Source: Mantamonas sphyraenae STR306 (lineage: Eukaryota; Protista; CRuMs). Taken from it: a stretch of DNA of 64,000 nucleotides. Within the stretch, counting starts at the first letter, position 1, and every line of letters starts with the position of its first letter. The translations under genes and the position numbers were made by a program. The notes beneath the pieces are model-generated. The model was not told the DNA's origin and ran no database searches. It worked only from the letters and a program-made list of their open reading frames with translations. Below are positions 50,001 through 61,171 of this stretch, piece after piece. The stretch lies in contig JAPMXV010000024.1 of NCBI GenBank assembly GCA_026936335.1, positions 68,303-132,302 on the forward strand, read 5' to 3'.

Positions 50001-50427
50001 GTACAAGGATCCGCAGGTCCTGGAGAGATTGATATCGCGCATCCCGTTTATGTTGGTGACAAAAGGGATGTACCAGGCCTTGGGAGGAGAGAACTTTGGT
50101 GTGCGGACGCAGAAGAGGTGGGACAAAGTGGAGAAAGTTCGCCAGGAGTGCCATGCACAACGGGGACACTGGGGCGAATGGGCTCTCGATGTTCTGTCAT
50201 GGGGTGGTTCTGTTGATACGCTCATCCCTTGTCAAGTGCTGTTGGAGTGTGGGTACGAGTTTGGGGAGCAGGACTGGACGGACGATGTAAGCGAGGAAGG
50301 AGCCAACTTTTTGGCGTCTCTGGGGATCAGAGTGTCTGGCAGAGCATATAGCAGCGCAGCACATCGTGATGAGCAGACAGAGGAACTGAAAAGGCTGAGG
50401 GAAGTGTACAGTGCGTTTGAAAAGTAG
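47076..50427 (+). CDS. Orphan helical-repeat protein with NLS-like N-terminus and F-box-like motif; exons 47076-47251 and 47340-50427
   Basis: MSRKRP...PKRQR in exon 1; phase-2 intron GTAGGA...GACAG; LLSQVPVEVWERVVPRL resembles an F-box start; three internal 82-85 aa repeats. Confidence 0.75.
48592..49220 (+). repeat. Intragenic tandem repeat, ~246-255 bp period
   Basis: ctggtggaacgg.. recurs at 48592, 48838 and 49093; protein LVERxAWxxVxDxARPxDLxxxLDxxGMVLP occurs three times. Confidence 0.9.
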
Positions 50428-53400
50428 CATGCAAGCAGAGCTCACAAGCCACACCGACAGCATGACGGTGGACGAAGCACGGCCCAGCATGTAAGAAGCC
50501 CTGCCGCAGGCAGCAAACGGGGTGGCCAATTGTGGCAGCCGCCTTTTCGCCACCCAGCCTGGCCCCCGTCACCGTGTTCCTCGGCACTCTGGCACACAGC
50601 ACACAGTACCATTTGCATCCACATCCTTCCTTACACACACGCCCTGCACCGTCGGTGGTTGTGCTGCGTTGTTCTCGCACAGTGGCTTCATGCAGCGTCC
50701 CCCACACACTCACTTTCTTCCAGATTCTGCCTCCGTTGCCTGGCGTCAAAACGTCGTCCCAGCAGCCCTTCCATCAGATTGGGGTACAAAGCCAGCAATA
50801 GAGGTGCATGGGTTCATGTGGATCCGCATGCACTGTCACTCTTGTGTTGTCCATCATCACCGATTGGGAAAGGGGAGAAAGCTGGCTGGGCCACTTTCGT
50901 TCATCCCAGCCTCCAGCCCTTCCCCTCCTCGTCCCCTCTTTTTGTTGTTTGTTCATTTCCATCGTTTGCCCATCGATGCCCCAGGTGGGTCCCTTTGGGG
51001 CACCTGATTCATCCCAGCAATACACTCGCCAGCAGTGCCACCACCACGCCGTGCAGGAGGCCCCACCAAAAGGCTCAGATCCTGACGACTTGTGTGCCGA
51101 TGCGTCACCACCATCCTTCCTACGCTTCTTTGCTTTCTTCAGTCTCAGTTCATGTCTCGTTGGTGATTGGCCAGGCGGTGCCTTGCGGTGGGTGCTCTGG
51201 TGTGGCGATGCTCTGCCTTGGCGGGCGCGTGAGGGGCGAGTGTGTTTCTCTTGCCACTGGATGGGGGGCAACAGAGACGATGGGCGACCTGTGGCCTTCA
51301 TCGATGTGAGCACGGAAGAGACAGAGACACGAAGGAGTGGTGGTGCTGATGCTGGATGGAAGATGCATCGGACGGCGGGTGCTTGTTGGATGGGAAGGAG
51401 GAATTTGCACGCGGCGATTTGATTGCCAACGTCTCTGTGGTGCTGTGGATAGGGAGAATGCAGACTTGAGGAATATGTCCGCAGGTCCACACGTGTGGTG
51501 GGGAGGCTGAGCAAGACTCAACTCGTTTCGTTTCTTGGCAACTCTTTTTTCTCAATCGTGCTCGTTCCCATCTCCACCACGCATGTTCATGCCCATCCTC
51601 CCATGCATTCACGTTGGCTTGCCACTCTTCAAACCCATGCTACCTTCTCCAACATTCTTCAAAATGGGAAAGGGAGGTGATGAGAACTCGTTTTCCGCTT
51701 TGCATGGTCGCTGTGGCTGGATGAGCCAGTGCCAGTGGAGTGCAGTCCAATGCACATCCATTGCAGTTGGTGGATCAGGTGTGGGGATGGGGGAGGTGAG
51801 GGTGGGGAGGATGAGCCTGCGTGTGGGCGGCCAAGACAACCTTGGACGACTGGCATGGCACGTGTGTGTGTATCGTTCACCCTGTCAGCCATGTGGCATG
51901 AATGGATTTGAGTTGTAGCTTGCTCTGGTGGTGTTCATGGGTTTGGTCGGCGGATTGGTGGCGAGGTGGCCTCAACGAGCCTCTGGACTCTCTGCTGGTT
52001 GCCTCTGTGTGTTGATGCTGTGAGCGGTGGATACTATGACGATCCATTGGCCCTTGGTGACACCGTGGTTGTATGAATGACACAGGCGCGAGTAGAAACC
52101 CCGCCTGTGAGGATCAACGCACACAAAACCTGCCCTGTGTCGGCACACAGCACCCGCTGGATCCTGCAACCGGATAGACGAGGGCATGGGAAACACACGC
52201 GCAGACTCAGTTTCGTATTTGGGCTGATTTTGGTGGAGAGCGGCTGGTTGTTCATCATGTCGACAATGGTCGAAAAGTGGCGAAAAGTGGAATGAGGGTC
52301 AGTGGGGTGTGGTTGATGTGTGGAGGGCGGAGACCGAGGCTGAGGGCATGGGGCGGCCTGTGGTGTGAGCAGGGGGGCGGCAAAGGTGCAGGTGCTCGGT
52401 CACCGCCTGAAACCAGCTGCGTGCGTTTCTGCGACACTGCTCACGAATGCACAGCCTGACTGTGGTAGAAGTGTGCATGGGAAGTGTGTGGGTGACTGCA
52501 CACAGGTTCAAGTGGTGTGCGTGCTGATCAAGGGGGTGTGTGATCCGTGGGAGGGCGGTTTGTGGTGCAGGAAGGCGACGAGGTGCGGCTGGGCTGGCAA
52601 GGCGACAAGCAAAAACGACGCCACGACCACCACCAGGCACATTTTTCATCGAATTTGGGGAACTTGGTGGAGAGGTGGGGTGGGTGGATGCGGGCCCAGA
52701 GAACGGAGGATGAGGGCGTGGAGGGACCTGTGGCGTGTGTGGGAGGCGGAGTTGATGGCGTCGGGATGGCCACCCTGCGACAAAATCACCCCAGGATGGC
52801 AAGGGAGGATGGGGGTGGGGATGGATGGTTGTGGGAGAGGGGTGGAGAGGGAAGGAGGGATGGTTGGGGTAGCATGTGTGTGCATGGGCACAGCCATCCG
52901 CACACGCGAGCCGAAGAGCAGGAAGATGGGCGGCGACTCAGACTCTGGAAGGGGAAGCAAGGTGGAGAGTCAACCATGTCGCAAGGATGAGATTGGTGGA
53001 CGCCATTGGCATTGGATGGGGCGCATGGGTGAACACAGTGGCAGGCAGGAGGAGGAGGCCAGCCGTTGTTCCATGCTGGTGGCACTGATGGACAAAGACA
53101 GAGTGACGTGTGGAACACTATGGGTAGTGGTAACACGGCATGGATGCACTGGGCAGTGCGAAAGAGGGCATGCATGGGCGGTGGAGGCAGACAAGGGCCA
53201 ACGGAAGGTGGCAAGTCGTGGCAGGCGCTGCTGGGAAGGACGAGGGAGGTGTGCGTGTGGAGGGTTGTATGGTGAAGAGGGGAGGTGTGGTTCATTCATG
53301 TGTGGTGGTGGGTGGTGGTGGATGGAGGAAGAGGGTCAGGAGTGGGCTGGAGGGATGGTGGGGCGCGCAAGCGTGATGGAACGCCACCGTTGGCGTAGTT

Positions 53401-53682
53401 GGGTTATATGTAGATGGGCAGTTTGTGAACAGTGATTGGGTGTGTGTGTTGTGAACGCGGGATGTGAAGGCGGGGAGGAAGGAGCAGAGTGCTCCTTGTC
53501 CCCTGTGCGGAGGCGCATCCAACGCAAATTGCATACACACACACACGTTCAGAGCAGTCATTGGGTAGGTAAGGGTGGGGGTGTCGGGGACTTGTGCGCT
53601 GTGTGGGTGGGATAGAGAGTGAGAGTCACGGAGGAAGTGAAGACTCATGTGGGGCTGATTCACATTGAATATCGCAGGAAAC

Positions 53683-56197
53683 ATGTTTTTGGGAACAGAT
53701 GAATGGGTGGAATTGTTGCAGAGTGGGGACCATGGGCGGATTGTGGAGGCTTTGGAGGCTGAGGAAGCGGTGAGTTGGCGAGAAAGCGGGAGGTTTTGGT
53801 GAGCGTGACGTTGCGACGTTTGGTCGTCGCACAAGGGGAAGGGAAGGAGGGATGGGGGTAGGGTGGGTGTGATGGTGTGTACGCAGCGTGGGAAGTGTGT
53901 TGACACGACACATACAGGAATTGAACCTTGCAAGGGAGGAGCTGGGAGACAAAGAAGCAATTGCACTTGCGCATGCACTGGGAAAGAACCGCAGCTTGCA
54001 GCAGGTGTACCTCGAGAACAACAGGATCGGGGACAAAGGAGCAGCTGCACTTGCGCGTTCCCTGGCTGAGAACGGCAACTTGCAGACACTGGTCCTCAGC
54101 AACAACGACATCGGGGATGAAGGAGCAGCAGCACTGGCGCAGGCACTGAGTGAGGTCAGCAGCTTGCAGACACTGGACCTCAAATACAACAGCATCGGGG
54201 TAGAAGGAGCAGCGACACTGGCGCAAGCACTGAGCGAGAACAGCAGCTTGCAGACACTGAACCTCGGGAGGAACAGCATCGGGGCAGAGGGAGCAGTGGC
54301 ACTGGGGCAGGCACTGAGGATTAACAGCAGCTTGCAGACACTGGACCTCGAGATGAACAGCATCGGGGCAGAGGGAGCAGTGGCACTGGGGCAGGCACTG
54401 AGGATTAACAGCAGCTTGCAGATACTGAACCTCTGGGGCGACAGCATCGGGGACGTAGGAGCAGCAGCGCTGGCACAGCCACTGAGTGAGAACAGCAGCT
54501 TGCGGACTCTGATTCTCAATCGCAACAGCATCGGGGCAGAAGGCGTAGCAGCACTGGCGCAGGGACTTGGTGAGAATTGCAGCTTGCAGACACTGAAACT
54601 CTGGTCCAACGATATCGGGGACGAGGGAGCAGCAGCAGTGGCGCAGGCACTGAGGATTAACAGCAGCTTGCAGACACTGATGCTCACAAACAACAGCATC
54701 GGGGACGAAGGAGCAGTAGCACTGGGGCAGGCACTGGGCGAGAACGTCAGCTTGCAGACACTGAAGCTCGACGACAACAGCATCGGGGCTGAAGGAGCAG
54801 CAGCACTGGCGCAGGGACTGAGTGAGAACCAGAGCTTGCAGGCACTGTACCTCGACGAGAACAGCGTCCGGGACAAAGGAGCAACAGCACTGGCCCAGTC
54901 GTTGAGTCAGAACAGCAGCTTGCAGACACTGATGCTCATAAGGAACAGCATCGGGGACGAAGGAGCAGTAGCACTGGGGCAGGGACTGAGTAAGAACAGC
55001 AGCATGCAGACACTGAACCTCGGAGACAACAGAATCGGGGACGAAGGAGCAGTAGCACTGGGGCAGGGACTGAGTAAGAACAGCAGCTTGCAGACACTGA
55101 TGCTCAGAAACAACAGAATCGGGGACGAAGGAGCAGTAGCACTGGGGCAGGGACTGGGCGAGAACAGCATCTTGCAGACACTGGGACTCGACAACAACAA
55201 CATCGGGGACAATGGTGCAGCAGCACTGGCGCGGGCACTGAGTGAGAATAGCAGCTTGCAGGCACTGCGCCTCTTCTGCAACAGAATCGGGGACCAAGGC
55301 GCAGCAGCACTGGGCCAGGCACTGAGTGAGAACAGCAGCTTGCAGACACTGAACCTCAACAGCAACAGCATCGGGGACGATGGAGCAACAGCAGTGGCCC
55401 AGTCGTTGAGTCAGAACAGCAGCTTGCAGACACTGAACCTCAACAGCAACAGCATCGGGGACGAAGGAGCAACAGCACTGGCGCAGGCACTGGGGGAGAA
55501 CAACACCTTGCAGACACTGAACCTCGAACAGAACCGCATCACAACAGAAGGAGGCGCAACACTTGCTCAGGCGATGAATGGCAATCGGTCCTGCTGGAGA
55601 ATCCACGGTGTTGGCAATGGCGCGTTACGGGCACTGTTGGAGAGAAACAAGAAGCAGCACGTGGTGTTTGTGGAGTGTGGGGATGTGGAGAAGATGAGAG
55701 AGTTGAAGGAGTGGGGGGTGCCAGTGGACACGTTTGCAGGGGAGAGGGGGAGGAAGAATGCGCTGGAGAGAGGAGTGTCGCGAGGGGATGAGAGGATTGT
55801 GGAGGTGTTGCGGGAGTGGGGTGCAAAGCCGAGGATGGAAACGGTGGAGATGGTGAGGGGGGAAGGGTGGAGGAAGGCGTGGCATTGGATTGGATGGGGT
55901 GGACAGGTGGATGAGGTGATGGAGGTGGCGTTGGTGATGAACGGGGAGGAGAGGGAGGTGATGTTTGAAGCAGGTGGGATGGAGGCGTATGAACCGACTG
56001 CACAGTGGATGACACTGCCGGATGAGGTGATGGAGAGGGTGATTAGGTGGGTGGGAAGGGGTGCTGCACCGGCAAGGGTCGCTGTGAGGAGGTCAGACGA
56101 GGCGAGGAAGCAACAGCGAGAGTTGAAAAGGAAGAAGAGGAGGGAGCGGAGGTTGAGAAGAGGCAACATATCGAGGAGGATGGAACGATTGGGGTGA
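53683..56197 (+). CDS. RNI/NLRC3-type LRR protein (~19 x 28 aa) + ankyrin-like repeat + C-terminal F-box-like motif; exons 53683-53769 and 53918-56197
   Basis: Paralog of 34705-36931: same 87-nt first exon (LGxxEWVxLLxS), same intron position; KNALERGVSRGDERIVEVLREWGAKP; WMTLPDEVMERVIRWV; extra basic tail. Confidence 0.88.
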
Positions 56198-56424
56198 TCA
56201 GCAGGATAAATGGAAGTCCTTTTGATGCGATAGGGGTCGGAGGCAGGGGAGGAGGAAAGGGTGGAGGTGACTTGGTGGATTCGGAGGAAGGGGAGGGTGA
56301 GGGGATGGCCAGAGAGCGAATGTCGCGTGTGCGGGCAAACAAGGCAACGATTGTGTCGATGCGAGATGTGGGGACGTGGCACAGGCGTAAGTGTGAAGAG
56401 GCAGAATAAGAGGAAGAACTCTCG

Positions 56425-56976
56425 CAACCACCATCCAAACCACCACCATCCCTTCGCCAGCACCCATTGCCACTGGAATTACACCAGCCAGCGTCACCTT
56501 CCCCCTCCACCCTCACCTCCGGCGCCTCCCAAACAGGCCCCGTGCGGCACTTTTGCGCACCCCAAGCCGCGTTTGTAAGGAGCGTCCTTCACCACAATCA
56601 CCATCCAAACCACCACCATCCCTTCGCCAGCACCCATTGCTACTGGAATTACACCAGCCGGCGTCACCTTCCCCCTCCACCCTCACCCCCGGTGTCTCCC
56701 AAACTGACCCCGTGCGGCACTTCTGCAGCCCCAAAACCGTTGTGTAACCGAGGTGCTTCAACCACAACCACCACCCAGACCACCTCCAATCCCTCACCGG
56801 CACCTATTGCTACTGGAATTACACCAGCCAGCGTCACCTTCCCCCTCCACTCTCACCTCCGGCGCCCTCCAAACTGAGCCCGTGCGGCACTCTCGCGCAC
56901 CCCAAAGTCCCTTAATCCTGCACTATCTGTCTTCACAACCCCCATCCAAACCTCCACCATCCCTCCGCCAGCACCC
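56425..56976. repeat. C-rich tandem repeat, 170-171 bp unit, ~3.2 copies
   Basis: ccatccaaac-like unit starts at 56431, 56601, 56771, 56942; core actggaattacaccagcc..gcgtcaccttccccctccac nearly invariant. Confidence 0.92.
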
Positions 56977-59900
56977 GAAGAAGACGTACAGCGACTTGAC
57001 GGACAAGACGGTGTACGCAGGCGTGAGTCTGTACTCGCCGAACGACAAGGTGACGTTCCAGCGCGTGGGCGGCGCCGGAGGCGGTGGCGAGTCTGGCAAC
57101 AAGACGTATGGCTCGCCCGAGCTTATCCGCAAGGCGCGTGTGAACAACCTGCGTGCGCTGGGCTTTGGCCAGGCGGCAGCGGAGAAGGCGCTGGACGAGG
57201 TGTGCCCCGACGTGGACGACGAGTTTGACGTGGAGGGCGTGATTGCGTGGATGATCGAAAGGAGCGCGGAGCTGGAGAATGTGGAGGACTCGACGGCGCA
57301 GGCGGAGGAGGAGGACGCGCAGGAGGACCTTGTGTTTGACCTGGGCAGCCTCGGATCGATGGGCGAGAACCAGGCGTTCGAGGTGCTGAACGCACCGGGC
57401 CAGAGCAAGAAGAAGAAAGAGAAGAAGGAGAAGAAGGAGGGCAAGGAGCGCCCGACGCTAACCAAGAGTTTCAACGCAGGCGGACCTCCGTGGAGGACTG
57501 TGCTGCTGTCGCAGTTTGCGAGCTCGACCGAGGCACTGTGCGTTGTGTTTGCGCGCCAGGCGTTCTTTTCGCTGATGAAGAACTGGCCGAGCGCACACAC
57601 GTTCAGCGTGGAGAAGCTGGGTGGCGTGAGCACGTTTACGCACCTGCTGAAGCTGAACGCGGCGGCCTACGAGGACGACCTGGAAATGGGCGACAAGGAG
57701 ATGGCGCAGTCGACATCGCCGATTGTGCTTCTGCGCAACAAGTTGGTGGAGGTTCTGCCGAGCGAAGACGCAGACGCGATGAAGGTGAAGCAGGCGATTG
57801 TGCTGGAGATTGTGAGCAGCCTGATGAAGCTGATCGAGGCGCAGAGCGGCGCCACGGAGACCCAGATCAACAACGACAAGGACGCGCTGGAGAAGCCGAA
57901 TGCCGCGCTTGCGTGCTGGCTCGCCGAGACGCTGTTCTCGAAGGAGTCCAACAAGGTGGCTCCGGAGGATGCACGCCGCGTGGTGAGCGTGCTGTTCACG
58001 TACCTTGCACACGGCAGCAACAATATGGGCACCCGCATCATGCGCCTGCTTGCAGTTGTGTTGCGCAGCGTGACGGGCGAGATCGATCTTCCCGCGATCA
58101 AGCAGCTGCGCAAGGCCATGTTTGAGCTGTACAAGGAGAAGGGCCCCAAGCCGGGCGCCAAGACGTTCACGCTGCCGCCTGCACACCTGCAGGTGCTGGT
58201 GGAACTGATGGTGAGCACTCGCCATTTGGCAACGGGCAGCAAGAAGGCGGCACCCGCAGATGTGAAGGGCAAGGGCAAGGCCAGCGAGAGCGAGGCCGAG
58301 GTGGAGGTTGTGGAAGTGGAGGTAGAAGGCGGTGAAGGCGCAAGCAGCGGCGGTGCAAGCAGCGAGAGCGAAGAGAAGCCGAGCAGCAGCAGCAGCGGCG
58401 ACGACGACGAGACGCAGACGTGGTTTGAGGACGTGGGCGAGGTGGCCGACTTTTTGCACGGGTCGCTGAACAACAAGCCGCTGTCGGAGACGGTGGTGGC
58501 CAAGGTGCTGATGAGGACGGACACGAGCAACAGCAAGACGTTTGAGAGCGCGCACCCGTACAAGAAGGCTCGCAAGGGCAAGAAGATTTCGATGGAGCAG
58601 GTGACGAGCGTGAGCGTGACGCTGGACGAGAAGTGCAAGGTCGCGGAGGGCGACTACATCTTCTTCACGCGCGACGAAGAGGGCAAGGACATGCTGGGCA
58701 TGTGGACGAACCCACCGGATGACCACGACGAGGAGAAGAAGAAGGCCGGTCGCACGTTTGAGTTTGACACGGGCAAGTTCTACTGGGTGTTCCCGTGCAA
58801 GCCGACGGTGCTGTTTGACAAGAGCACGGCACACAACGCACTGCGTGTGAGCGACGACCTGAAGACGCTGGAGGCAGACGAAAGCTACTGCACGTGGCGC
58901 TCGATCATGTGCAAGACACCTGCGCGTGGACGCTTCAGCTTCATTTGCGAGATTGAAAAGTGCCAGAGCGGCAACATCATGCTGGGCGTGAGCGAGCAGG
59001 GCCACGAGCCGAGCTACTGGATTGGCCAGACGTCGTCGACGCAGGCATGGTCGTACTATGGCTGCAGCTACAAGTACCACGACGGAAGCAGCTCGTCGTA
59101 CGGTGGCAGGATGAACAGCGGCGACACGATCACGGTGACGGTGGACGTGGACGAGGGCTGGATCTCGTTCAAGCACAACGACACGGACTACGGCAAGGCG
59201 TACGAGGATCTGCCCACGGACAAGGACCTGTTCCCTGCGATCTCTCTGTACGACGCCGGAGACAAGGTGATCTTCAAGCCAGCGAGCCTGGGCAAGGAGA
59301 ACAAGAGGGAGAGCGGCAGCGCCAAGGAGTGGGGCGTGAGCTTCACGGTGAACCCGACTGGCTACACGAAGGAGGGCGTGTTGGAGGGCCATGGAGAACA
59401 TGAAGGGCGAGTTTGACGCGTTTCAGGAGCGCCACAGCGCGTTTGGCAAGACGGAGGACCAGCAGCTGGTGGAGGTGGCGACGAACTTTGTGCGCAAGAG
59501 CAAGCCCGACAGTGACCCGAGCGACATCAAGGACGTGACGTCGTTTGCACCGAGCAAGGAGGAGCTGCTTGGCTACCGCGCTCTGTCGGACATGGACACG
59601 TCGTTGCTGCAGGAGCGCCTTGTGGTGCTGCAGCAGATCAACGGCTCGATGAACGTGTTCCTGCCGCTTGTGGACCTGACGCAGATCGACACGCGCTTCA
59701 GCTTGGCAAACGACTTTTCGCGTGCGCGCGGCCTTGTGTTTACGGCACCAAAGTTGCAGCTGTGGCAGCAGGGTATGGACGGCACGTACTGCAGCGACTA
59801 TCGCCCGGACATCACGATCAACCGCCAGAAGACGGTGGATCTGTGGGACCAGGAGCCGAGCGAGGAGACGCTGACGGGCAGTGTGTTTGGCCAGATTGCG

Positions 59901-60930
59901 GCAGCTCTCAAGACGCACGTGAAGAACCTGCGCCAGAGGCCGAGCAGCCAGGCGTGGCACGTGGACTTTACGGGCGAGTCGTCGATCGATGCAGGCGGAC
60001 CGTACCGTGAGACGTTCTCGCAGATGATCCGCGAGATCCAGTCGCCGCACATCGACCTGCTTGTGCATGTGGGCAACGTTAAGAGCGACAACGGTATGCA
60101 CCGTGACACGTTTGTGCCGAACCGGAGCGGCAAGGGCCAGGTGTACAAGGACCAGTACCAGTTCCTGGGCAAGCTGATGGGCGTGTGTCTGCGCCAGAAC
60201 ATGACGATGGAGCTTGCGATGTCGCCTGTGTTCTGGAAGAAGCTGGTGCAGTTTCCGGTGACGCGTGCGGATCTGGTGGCCATGGACACGATGTGCGTGC
60301 AGTGCGACGACGCCATCGTGGACAATTACAAGAAGGGCGGTGACGTCGGAGATGTTCACGACGCATCTGACGGATGGCACAGAGGTGGAGCTTGTGGAGG
60401 GTGGCAAGCACAAGAAGGTGACGTTTGAGAACCGCCACGAGTACGTGCGCCTTGTGGAGCAGGCTCGTCTGAACGAGTTTGACACGCAGGTGGGCTGGAT
60501 CCGCGAGGGTCTGGCGTGCATGGTGCCGGTGCGCCTGTTTTCGCTGTTTACGTGGCAGGACATCCAGCTGCGCATGTGCGGTGTTGCCGACGTGCCGGTG
60601 GAGCTGCTGAAGAAGCACACGTACTACAGCGGGTACACGAAGGACAGCGAGACGGTGAAGAAGTTCTGGGATCGCATGGAGAACTACATGCCGGAGGAGA
60701 GGCAGCTGTTCCTGCGCTTTGTGTGGTGCCGATCGCGTCTGCCGTTGGGCGAGGACGCGAGCTACACGTTTACGCTGAGCACGGCGTACCTCAACACCGA
60801 TACTGCTCTGCCCGAGTCACACACGTGCTCGTTCCAGCTGGATCTGCCGAGCTCGTACGGCACCACCGAGGTGATTTCGCAGCGTCTGGCGTACGCGTTT
60901 TACAACTGCGCGGATGTGGACAACGACTAA
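56977..60930 (+). pseudogene. 5'-truncated SPRY(end)-UBA-SPRY-HECT E3 ubiquitin ligase with two frameshifts (~59387, ~60340)
   Basis: Begins in a SPRY tail (VYAGVSLYSPNDKV); UBA LRALGFGQAAAEKAL; FESAHPY; full SPRY; HECT motifs FTGESSIDAGGPYRE, FLGKLMG, RQLFLRFVW, LPESHTCSFQLDLP (catalytic Cys present). Split over three frames. Confidence 0.82.
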
Positions 60931-61171
60931 AGCAGTCGTGTTGTCGAGTGACGTGATGGCAATGGGTTCAAAGTGCTTGCTTTGTGACTTGCATGCCGAC
61001 ATGCTGCGGGCGCGGTTTGTGGGGAGCGAATGCCGGGTCGGGTGTGTCGGGTTTTGGTTTGCATGGGAGTGTGTGCGAGGGGGATGTGAATGGAAGGACC
61101 GTTTTGCCGACGAGGGGGATGGTTGGGGAGTTGGTGAGGAGGGGAGGAGTGGTTGAGTGGGGAGAAATGGT

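Noticed and set aside
51972-52196. Short minus-strand ORF with HSYNHGVTKGQWIVIVST, faintly like Rab GDI
   Set aside because: Too short, with no other GDI motifs nearby; cannot be supported without a search.
50510-53600. Many short ORFs in this ~3-kb interval
   Set aside because: No recognisable motifs or codon bias; treated as intergenic or decayed sequence.
56425-56976. CRISPR-like or guide array
   Set aside because: Conserved part is ~130 bp, the variable segments are alignable between units, and no cas or Fanzor/TnpB gene is visible; eukaryotic context.
56753-56976. N-terminal extension of the 887-aa ORF
   Set aside because: Derived from the tandem repeat with a non-ATG start; not part of the ligase.
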